A stretch of DNA of 62,833 nt, filler included, from Octopus bimaculoides (Eukaryota), in assembly GCF_001194135.2 (NCBI RefSeq). It is 3 parts of 3 records of this genome, joined end to end, with 100 filler letters (N's around TTAATTAATTAA, not from the genome) between each part and the next. Parts side by side here need not be neighbours in the genome. Positions count along the whole stretch, not along the records: positions 22,965 to 54,206 come from NC_068991.1; positions 54,307 to 62,833 come from NC_068983.1; 1 more part is not named here. The stretch is one strand, 5' to 3'. Position numbers and translations under genes: made by a program. Shown here piece after piece: positions 52,580 through 62,833 of the stretch (position 1 is its first letter; every line of letters begins with the position of its first letter). The notes below the pieces were generated by a model. It did not search any database. It saw only the letters and a program-made list of their open reading frames with translations, and was not told the origin of the DNA.

Positions 52580-53837
52580 AATGCATTTAAACAAAACTGA
52601 TTATTTGCTTTACCTGATAAAATGAACATTAATTTTTTTATGTAAATGAGAAATTGTAATTACTTCTGGGTTGTTCATCTACAATAAGTACTGGGGTCGA
52701 TTCATTCGACTAAAAATTCAAGGCGGTGCCCCAGCATGGCCTCAGTCTAATGACTGAAACAGGTAAAAGGTAAAAGAAAAAAGATATAAATTATTAACTT
52801 CAACTATTTCAGAGAAAATAACATTTAAATTACTACTTATTTTATGCATAAATATTGACAGATCAATTTTCAGTGAATAAAAGGACATTGTTATCTGAAT
52901 TAAAATGTTACTTTCCATTTATATTAACATGTTTTTTCTTCCACTTCTCACTAACATATAGTTATATTTAAGCCAGAAATAAATTTGACATGCAAAAAAT
53001 AGCAACCAAATCTTACCCTATTTAAGATTTGGCTACTATAAAAATGGAATAACACAAATAATAATGTAGTCTTAGAAATACTGTGTCTGGATGACATCAA
53101 TTGATCATATCTACCTGGAATATGTAGCTGCATCTTCAATTGTATGGATATATGATAGACAGGGAAATATTTAAGATAAGCTCCAGCAGTAACCCCAAGA
53201 AATTCATGAAAATCAATTTTTCATTGCACAAGTAAATATGTGTGTATATATACATAGGTATATATATAAATAGGCACAGCACCACACCAAACGACAGAGA
53301 CAGGAGAACAGACAAGGAGACAGTGAACACAAACAGGCTTCAAGCCCAAGCACGTCATACAAAGAAAATGAAACAGATTATCTGTAAATTCTACCTAAAT
53401 GGTACCTGTTAGCATGGGGAAAAGAGACGAAACTGCAAATTTGCCCATCCCAAACACCACCAGCTAAATAAGGTAGATAACCACTCAACAAAATAAGCGG
53501 AAGTGCAGAAAAGGGAGACCAAAAAGCTTAAACCTGCATACCCATAATCCACCAAGAACCAACAGGAATCACAAAGAGAGAAGTCCATATATTCCTTCTG
53601 CTCCCAACAAAAGGTTGTATGAACTGCAGCAGCTGAACAGCAAGCTTTTTTTAAGCATGGCCCAGAAAATGGTACATCAGCTAATGGGGATACAGAGGGT
53701 ACAGAGTCAACACCACACGAACCATTGTCCAAGACCANNNNNNNNNNNNNNNNNNNNNNNNNNNNNNNNNNNNNNNNNNNNNNNNNNNNNNNNNNNNNNN
53801 NNNNNNNNNNNNNNNNNNNNNNNNNNNNNNNNNNNNN

Positions 53838-54206
53838 TGAGAAGACCCAGCAAGCCAAGTGAGACCTAAATCTAAGGCCTCAGCCAGCCCACTTGTGCAT
53901 ACCTTCCTTCATTGGACACGAAACTCCACTTACGAAGACCTGTTGAGGCAAGTGAAATCGAAATTGAATGAAATTCGACGACTGGAACCCATGCCAACGT
54001 CGTCTACTTCATTAAACACGAAACTCGGCTTGCGAAGACCTGTTGGGGCAAGCGAAAGCGAAATCGTCATGGCACCTGTGCCCAGCATCGCCTTCCTGGC
54101 ACTTGTGCCAGATGGCACGTGTAAAGACATTCGAGTAAGATCGTTGCCAGTGCCGCCGAACTGGCTCCTGTGCAGGTGGCACGTAAAGTACACCATTTTG
54201 AGTGTG
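53838..54206 (+). mobile_element. RTE-family 3' UTR fragment between gaps
   Basis: GAGAAGACC..CAAGCCAAGT and GGCACGTAAA..CACC motifs shared with the RTE 3' ends at about 27 kb, 46 kb and 62 kb. Confidence 0.6.
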
Positions 54207-54306
54207 NNNNNNNNNNNNNNNNNNNNNNNNNNNNNNNNNNNNNNNNNNNNTTAATTAATTAANNNNNNNNNNNNNNNNNNNNNNNNNNNNNNNNNNNNNN
54301 NNNNNN
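54207..54306. other. Second artificial scaffold join (44 N + TTAATTAATTAA + 44 N)
   Basis: Same 100-bp structure as 22865-22964. Confidence 0.9.
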
Positions 54307-54958
54307 GGGGGTGGGGGTGCGTTTTTGTAAAATGGGGGGAAGGGGAAGAATTTAGGGTGAGAGGGGAAAAGAAGGGGATTCAGAAAAGGGGTAAATGTAG
54401 TAGATATTGTGAGAAGAGGGGGGGGGTATTTTGGAAGGAGTGAAGGAAAGAAAATAAGGGGTTTCCAGAAAGAGTGAGAGAAGAAAGTAGCTCGAAGTCA
54501 AGGATGGAAGGATATTCGGAAAAGAGTGAAAGAGAGATGGGATTTGATATAGAATTAGCTGGAGATGATATATTAAACAGAGGAAAGAAGCAAGAGAGAG
54601 GAAGAAGTTGGTAGAAGTGCTGGGGTTATGGTGGGATTAAAAGGAAAAGAGAATCAGGTGAGAAACGGTAGGGGAAAAGAAGCTTAGATGAAGTTTGCAC
54701 CTTCTGAATTTCTGCATTTATTAACACAGATATACAGACTTGCATGTAGAACATAGAGAGAAGTTTTGAATAGAGAAATGAGGGACACCTGTGTGACTAC
54801 CCTTTTATGTGTTTCAGTCATTTCACTGTTGCCATGCTGGAGCACAACCTTAGAGGGTTTTAGTCAAAGAAATTGACCTCAGGATTTATGCTATCTGTCT
54901 TTTTTTGCCAAACCGCTATGTTACAGGGACATAAACACACCAACATCGGTTGTCAAGT

Positions 54959-55018
<60 letters not shown>

Positions 55019-55611
55019 TACATACATATATATTGTAATTTGTAATATGTTATAATATGTTATAATATTTTATGACATTTTATGATGTGGTTTTTTTATC
55101 CTGGATACTCTATTGAAATGTGCATAGGTTTGGCTTGTTGTTGTTGTTTCTGCTATTATAATTGTTGCTGCAATAAAGTATCTTCAATGCATCAATTTTG
55201 AGCTCTATATATATATATACATACAAAAACTCACCTGTGAGGTTTTTGCTAAGACTGTTAACAGATACTATATATTTTATAAAATTTTGTTTTATAAAAG
55301 TATATATTTANNNNNNNNNNNNNNNNNNNNNNNNNNNNNNNNNNNNNNNNNNNNNNNNNNNNNNNNNNNNNNNNNNNNNNNNNNNNNNNNNNNNNNNNNN
55401 NNNNNNNNNNNNNNNNNNNNNNNNNNNNNNNNNNNNNNNNNNNNNNNNNNNNNNNNNNNNNNNNNNNNNNNNNNNNNNNNNNNNNNNNNNNNNNNNNNNN
55501 NNNNNNNNNNNNNNNNNNNNNNNNNNNNNNNNNNNNNNNNNNNNNNNNNNNNNNNNNNNNNNNNNNNNNNNNNNNNNNNNNNNNNNNNNNNNNNNNNNNN
55601 NNNNNNNNATA

Positions 55612-55715
<104 letters not shown>

Positions 55716-56687
55716 TTTATATGTATCTATGTGTATATGTATATTTATATACACACACATACATGTACACATACATATATATACATATATATTTATCTAC
55801 CTATACTATCTGTCTGCTTATGTATATATGTGTGCGCCTGCGCGTGTGTGTGTAATTTTGAGTGAGTGACATTATGTATACACACATATGAATATATCTG
55901 GTCATCAGCTTCCTCCAGCCTCACACCAACACATTACTATGATCGTCCATCTTTTTCTGTTTTTCACAAAGCATGAACTTTGAAACCAGTTTGTGTCATA
56001 ACTGTACAGGTCATCTTTTAAGGTGGACCTCCAGGTTTTCTTTGACCTACACTTGCTATCTAATGCCCAGGGTTATTAGAGGCATCATTGTTGGAAAGTA
56101 ACAGTCTATTCTTTAACTCTGGTGATGTGTCGGTAACATCAGTTGTTGTTGAGAAAATAGTTGACCAGAATAACCTTAATTTGGTTTGTGATGTGAACCT
56201 CTTTGATTGCCATTTTTATTAGAGTGTATTGAATACTCCAGCACCTTTGGAGTGTACGTGTATATACATGAATATGTATATATGTGTGTGTGTGTGTGTG
56301 TTTGTGTGTGTGTACACACATATTACACACATATATGTATACATACATATGCATACAAATATACACATACAAAAATACATATACATACATCCATACATAT
56401 ATATATATATATACATATAGATATATGCATATACATACAGACACACACACATATATTTACATACATATATATGTGTTACTGTGTATGTGTGTGAGTATAT
56501 ATTTGTAAATATATATATATATATTTGTATATGTATGCAAGTGTATATATGTGTATGTATGTGTGTGTGTAGTTATACGTGTGTGTAGTTATATGTGTGT
56601 GTTGTATCAGTGGAGTCATTGGTGTTTCAATTGTTATGTATATATACCTACATACATATATATTTACACACACACACACACACACAC

Positions 56688-58300
56688 TTGATCTCTGCTT
56701 CACAAACAATATGGATTTCTTCCATAATGTAAAAGTGACATTGGTGCTTGTCCCGGATCACACTATAATAGAGCTGATCTTGTATGATCCAGAGGAATCC
56801 ACAGAAATGCAACCTATGAGCTGCACCCAAAATCTATCCAATATGATTTTCCATAAAGCAGACTGGAAATTGATTTGGAAAGAGATCGTCAAACAGAATT
56901 GGCCTCAATATCTCTTCACATTTGACATCGATATGAAACTTAAAAGAATTCACATCCGTAATGCAAGCATGCAAGCCATATGCTATAAATTTTTTATAGA
57001 GAGAAAGGCCACTACACATATAACAAAAATATTCCCAAGGAGAGGAAAGTTCTTATGAGATGGTACACAAAGATTGCAAGCTGACTAAGCAGAGTACACA
57101 ATGGCAGTGTATCTCAAAACAACAATGCTGGAGATTGAGGAAAAGTTGAAATGCTCTCATGAAAATGAGACAGTAGACAAAGAAGCCTGAGTTATAAAAA
57201 AAAATATAAAATCAAAACCTAAAGCCTTTTTTAAGTTTGGCAAAGAAACTACATAAGAGTGTTGCAGGACAGGGCTACCCCTCCAAAATGATGCCACCAT
57301 CATGGGAAACACTAAATGATCAATTCAAAAGTATTTTCTCACCACCGTTATGGCACATGCAATTCAGCAAACCTATAGAGTTCTTTACCATTACAGATAT
57401 ACAAAGGGAAGCAGTAACAATTGATCACATTGATATAAAAGAAGATATAATACTAGCTATAGATGAGATAAACCTGAACTCAATTACTGGCCCTGATGTT
57501 TTCCCAGCAATCCATCTAAAATCACGTAAACAAGCCCAAGCAAGACTATTGTTGTCTCTCTTCCAGAGTTTCCTTGCAGGTGACAAGCTTCCATGCAATT
57601 TGAAGGAATGAATAATATGCCCTACTCCTAAAAGATGTAGTAGAGCAGATGCCAAAAACTATATGCCTTTCTCTCTAACCTCACATATCAGCAAAGTCAT
57701 GTATCAGATAGTCCACGGGTAACTAATCATGTTCCTTAAAGAAAATGATGGACACACAATGGTTTCTGACCTGTAAGAAGCTGCCTAACACAACTCTTAC
57801 AACACAATGACTGGGTTTTGAAACAGTTGCTTAAGTATGGATGAGATATATCTCACCTATGTGAAGGCTTCAATAAAATTGATCATAGAATATGTCACAA
57901 ACTGCATGACCTCAGTATAGTTGGAAAGCTAGGAGAGTGGCTATCTAAAGGATAGAATCAGGAAGCAGTGGCCAATGGAGCCACCTCCAAGAAAATGCAA
58001 ATAATGAGTGGTATCCCATAGGGTATTTGTCTTGGGGTCACAACTGTTTGAAGTGGCCCTCTCAAATATGCTCTCATCCACACAGAAATCTACTTTTATA
58101 AGCTGTGCTGATGACACAAAAGTCTCACAGGTAATATAAAACTCTGAAGATGGCATACATCTGCAATATGAGTTAGATGCAATATATGGCATGCAGTTTA
58201 ATGCAGGAAAATTTCAAACCCTATTCTATCTGCAGATAAAGTTAAATGCAATGCAGACAAATTACACTGGACCTGGAGGGATTGCAGTTCCAGGATCAAA
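56688..58300 (+). mobile_element. CR1-clade LINE relic
   Basis: LDLCFTNN..DHTIIEL (APE end), degenerate NYxPxSLTSHISK, SCADDTKVS, MQFNAGKFQ. Parallels 34490-37110. Confidence 0.8.
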
Positions 58301-59127
58301 CACAATAAAAGTTTTTAAAAAACGCATCTACAGTTTACCTCTGCTACATGCAATTAAGCATTGGTCCTCATTGAAAATAAACTGAAAATGCTCATGGCTG
58401 GAAGAATTCTGAACTTTAAGAACTGTCAGCTCCAGTAAGAACTGAAGCTGCAACTTTCAGTTGAGAAATTCTTTAGGTAAATAGAACTAGAGCCCATGTG
58501 TCAGCTTTAATTGAGCAGATCTGTGAACAATAAAGTATTCAAACTGTAACTATCCAATCTTTATTTCTCTCTAGTATTTGTGTAAACTGGACTACATTAT
58601 CAACTGTGTCCATCAAGTTTGTAAGATGATAGGGTGTGATCTGAGAGACATTTAGCTGCTTTTTCTAGCAAATCAAGTGACTCCCTCTCCATTGAGGCTA
58701 CCTAGTTTACTTGTGAAGTTATTGTTCTAGGTTAACTTGTTGATCAGGGACATTTGATCAGGGTTAATCTTAAGTTAACCTTGATCAAATAAAACCGAGG
58801 TTAAAAATATTTGCTCACAGACCATCTCATCCCTGATTTTGCCTTTCATCGCTTCCATAATAGAATACACTTGCTCAAAGTGTCACACAGTACAATGAAA
58901 TCCCAAACCATATGGTTGCAAAATGAATTTGCCAATTCTACAGATATGTCTGATCACAAATGTATACACCTCAATGAACAATTTAGAGTTGGAATATATG
59001 TAAAAGACTGCAGAGTCCCAGTTGAAATGCTTTTGATCATGCATCTATTGGACCAGGGCTGACCTAGTCCTAAACAATAACGACTATTGCAACTACAACA
59101 TATATACATACATACGTACATACATAC

Positions 59128-59514
59128 ATTTTTTGTTGGCACTCCATCACTTATGATGTCGAGGGTTCCAGTTGATCTGATCAACGGAACAGCCTGTTCG
59201 TGAAATTAACATGTAAGTGGCTGAGCACTCCACAGACACGTGTACCCTTAACATAGTTCTTGGGGATATTCAACATGACACAGTGTGACAAGGCTGACTC
59301 TTTGAATTACAGGCACAACAGAAACAGGAAGTAAGAGTGAGAGAAAGTTGTGGTGAAAGAGTACAGCAGGGTTCGCCACCATCCCCTGCCGGAGCCTCGT
59401 GGAGCTTTAGGTGTTTTCACTCAATAAACACTCACAACGCCCGGTCTGGGAATCGAAACCGCGATCCTATGACCACGAGTCCGCTGCCCTAACCACTGGG
59501 CCATTGCGCCTCCT
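59128..59514 (-). mobile_element. SINE family C, young full-length copy within (CATA)n
   Basis: Closely similar to 43957-44351. Intact head GGCGCAATGGCCCAGTGGTTAGGGCAGCGGACTCG..GGTTTCGATTCCC. Confidence 0.88.
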
Positions 59515-59993
59515 CACATACATACATACATACATACATACAAACAAACATACACAACAATGTCTTCATACCTTCCTCTCTTGAGTCACTTTCTCAGCAA
59601 AACCTAATATTTCTACATTTGCCATCTACCTGAATAACAGATTGTTTTCAGTCAAAATCATCTGTCTGTAATCGTTAATACCATCTGTATGAATGCATCT
59701 ATGACCTCTGATATCATTTGCATATGTTTGTGTCTGCCTGTAGCCTCTGATGCTCTGTGTGTGTGTGTGTGTGTGTGTATGTGTGCGTCTATCCAACTGT
59801 CCATAAACTCTACTACCATGTGTGTGTGTGTGTGTGTGCATGTGTGTAACCTCCCATACCACCTGTATGTGTATGTCTGCAATTTCTGATATTATCTGTA
59901 TTTCGATGTCTGTGCATGTGATTTTCTGAAACCTCTGTGTGTGTTTGTGTAATTTCTGAAAGTGTGTATATGCCCATAACTTCTGATATCATA

Positions 59994-60030
<37 letters not shown>

Positions 60031-60214
60031 AAGAGAGCACATGTGCGCATGTGTCAGAATGTGTGAATGTATGTAAGCTTTCACACCATCTATGTATATG
60101 TATGTGGTTTGTAACTTCTAACTGCCATTTTTGAGCTTATAGCCTCTGTTATCATTTGTGTGTGTATATGAATGTGAATGTTACCTCTCATACTCTGTAT
60201 GGGTGTGTGTCTTA

Positions 60215-60540
60215 CCTCTGATATTATATACATTATTTACTTTATTTACATTATCTACATTCGACGGATATTTGTCCTCATCTTGTTTGTTGTTAACACA
60301 ACGTTTCAGCTGATATACCCTCCAGCCTTCTTCAGGTGTCTTGGGGAAATTTTGAACCTGGGTTCTCATTCCTAAGGTATTTTTCGATGTTGTTATTATT
60401 ATTATTATTATTATTATCATCATTATTATTGTTGTTGTTGTTAAGGTCACAGCTTGGAATCGAACTCGGAATCTTGGGGTTAGTAGCCCATGCTCTTAAC
60501 CCCTACGCCATATGCCCGTGGGCATATAGCGTAGTGGTTA
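60215..60540 (-). mobile_element. tRNA-like/hammerhead PLE module with a fold-back head
   Basis: B-box GAGTTCGATTCC intact. Hammerhead at 60295-60340. CTACGCCATATGCCC-GT-GGGCATATAGCGTAG fold-back at about 60503-60534. Confidence 0.8.
60295..60340 (-). ncRNA. Minimal type I hammerhead ribozyme-like motif (family 1)
   Basis: GACAC-CUGAAGA-A-GGCUG-GAGGGUAUAU-CAGCU-GAAA-C-GU-U-GUGUU. Palindromic AACGUU in place of stem III. Confidence 0.7.
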
Positions 60541-60939
60541 CATATAGAATTCTGATATNNNNNNNNNNNNNNNNNNNNNNNNNNNNNNNNNNNNNNNNNN
60601 NNNNNNNNNNNNNNNNNNNNNNNNNNNNNNNNNNNNNNNNNNNNNNNNNNNNNNNNNNNNNNNNNNNNNNNNNNNNNNNNNNNNNNNNNNNNNNNNNNNN
60701 NNNNNNNNNNNNNNNNNNNNNNNNNNNNNNNNNNNNNNNNNNNNNNNNNNNNNNNNNNNNNNNNNNNNNNNNNNNNNNNNNNNNNNNNNNNNNNNNNNNN
60801 NNNNNNNNNNNNNNNNNNNNNNNNNNNNNNNNNNNNNNNNNNNNNNNNNNNNNNNNNNNNNNNNNNNNNNNNNNNNNNNNNNNNNNNNNNNNNNNNNNNN
60901 NNNNNNNNNNNNNNNNNNNNNNNNNNNNNNNNNNNNNNN

Positions 60940-60995
<56 letters not shown>

Positions 60996-61691
60996 TGAAT
61001 CTGAGTGTAGAATTATGAGATACTGTCTGTATGTAAGTACAGAAACCTTTAAATACTATCTGTTTGGCCACGTATGTCCGTGTGTGTGTGTGTGTGTTTG
61101 TATCCATAAGTGTCCATTTGTGTATGAGCATGCAGAAAACTAAGATACTATCTGCATGTCTGTATGTGTCTAAGTGTGTTCATGTATGTGCTTGTGTACA
61201 TATCAGTATGTGTTCAATGTGTTCATATGTGTGTGTGTGTGTAAAAACCTTAGATACCATTTGTGGACATAACCTCTAACACCTTGCTTTGTCATCAAAA
61301 CACAATATACAATATACACTCAGTCATGTATTATACAATCACATCCTTTTTATCATTTTTTTACAATATACAATCATAGCATTTGCATATAACGGACAAA
61401 ACAGTGAATAGCTTACACACTATCTCAACATACTTCCATTCAGCTTTTCTCTTGATTTCACATTGCATATCAAATCGGAAAAAAAAAAAAATCATTTCTG
61501 TATATAGATGTATGCATAACATAGGGAGACATGTGATAGAAATAATAATCATTGCAGAGCATACAAGCATACAAGCATATACAATTCCTATTGTATGAAA
61601 TATGTTGAAAACAGACAGAGAAAATAGGCAGGGTTTCAAAAATATTTCTAAATATTTGTCTATGTGTGCACTATTCATAGTGGATGAGTGT

Positions 61692-61775
<84 letters not shown>

Positions 61776-61927
61776 GTTATGATAGCAATGAACACAAAAT
61801 GAAAGAAAACAACACAGGAGGGATAAGTTTTAACCAACATTGTATAAGCTTAATCCTTAAAAGAAAAGCAAGGAGTCTTAACATTTTGGCTGTTACTCCT
61901 TCATCAGAAGAAATATTTATGTGCATG

Positions 61928-62490
61928 TCATCATCATCATCATCATCATTATCGTTTAACGTCCGTTTTCCATGCTAGCATGGGTTGGATGATTTGACTG
62001 AGGACTGGTGAAACCAGATGGCTACACCAGGCTCCAATCTGATTTGGCAGAGTTTCTACGGCTGGATGCCCTTCCTAATGCCAACCACTCCGTGAGTGTA
62101 GTGGGTGTTTTTACGTGCCACCAGCATGAAGGTCAGTCAGGCAGTACTGGCAATGACCACACTCAAAATGCTGTATTTTATGTGCCACCTGCACAGGAGC
62201 CAGTCCAGCGGCACTGGCAATGACCTCGCTGGAATGTCTTTTCACATGCCACCAGCACAAGTACCGGGAAGACGGCGCTGGTAACAATCATGCTCAAATT
62301 GTGCTATTTACATGCCACTGGCATGGAAGCCAGACAGCTGCTCTGGCAACAATCACGCTCCGACGGTGCCCTTAGCACTCCACTGGTACAGGTGCCATCA
62401 CGATTTCATTTTCACTTGCCCTGACAAGTCTTCACAAGCCAAGTTCAGTGTACAATGAAGGAGACGTTGGCATGGGTGCCAGTCGTTGAA
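61928..62490 (-). mobile_element. RTE 3' UTR with (GAT)n tail
   Basis: Colinear with about 26490-27060. (CAT)n on + at its left end. Confidence 0.8.
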
Positions 62491-62580
62491 TATATATGTC
62501 CAGCATTCACCATGATAGATCACTAACGACTACATTTATATTTTTTTTCTCCTTGTTTCTCTCCTTATTTCTTTGTGTTC

Positions 62581-62615
62581 CTTTCAGTTGAAGAGCGTAG
62601 CTCGAAACGTCAAAG
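62581..62615 (+). ncRNA. Degenerate minimal hammerhead-like motif (family 3)
   Basis: CUUU-CAGUUGA-A-GAGC-GUA-GCUC-GAAA-C-GU-C-AAAG. Stems intact, core deviates from CUGANGA. Confidence 0.45.
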
Positions 62616-62703
62616 ACTTTCTCTATTCCCGAGCGTTAAACTAATACATCCATTTTTTGTTTACACCACCTGTCTTCGTCTGCTGTTTTTTATGTAAATT
62701 GTT

Positions 62704-62744
<41 letters not shown>

Positions 62745-62833
62745 CGGTCATAATGTCTTACGTTTAAGATGATTCCCATGCTTTCCCTGATGAGAAGGTT
62801 ACAACTTTAATATCAAAGATCCCTATGGATCAC

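Overview
AT-rich, microsatellite-dense animal genomic DNA from a gapped draft assembly. The repeat repertoire suggests a coleoid cephalopod such as Octopus (inference). One host gene is clearly supported: five + strand coding exons (37453-50364) splice in phase into the C-terminal 234 aa of a phosphonopyruvate decarboxylase (ThDP enzyme of phosphonate/2-aminoethylphosphonate synthesis). Its N-terminal exons are not in the readable sequence. The rest is mostly decayed mobile DNA: R4/Dong-, RTE- and CR1-type LINE fragments, a mariner relic, a MITE, four tRNA-derived SINE families and Penelope-like element (PLE) pieces. The less obvious signals are (i) three distinct families of type I hammerhead-ribozyme-like motifs, one in a tRNA-like + (TAA)n + hammerhead module attached to a Penelope GIY-YIG ORF, (ii) several fold-back structures, and (iii) a switch from CpG-rich to CpG-depleted repeat copies near 23 kb. 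Almost all ORFs in the supplied track are microsatellite, gap or repeat artefacts. Repeat boundaries are approximate and were read by eye.
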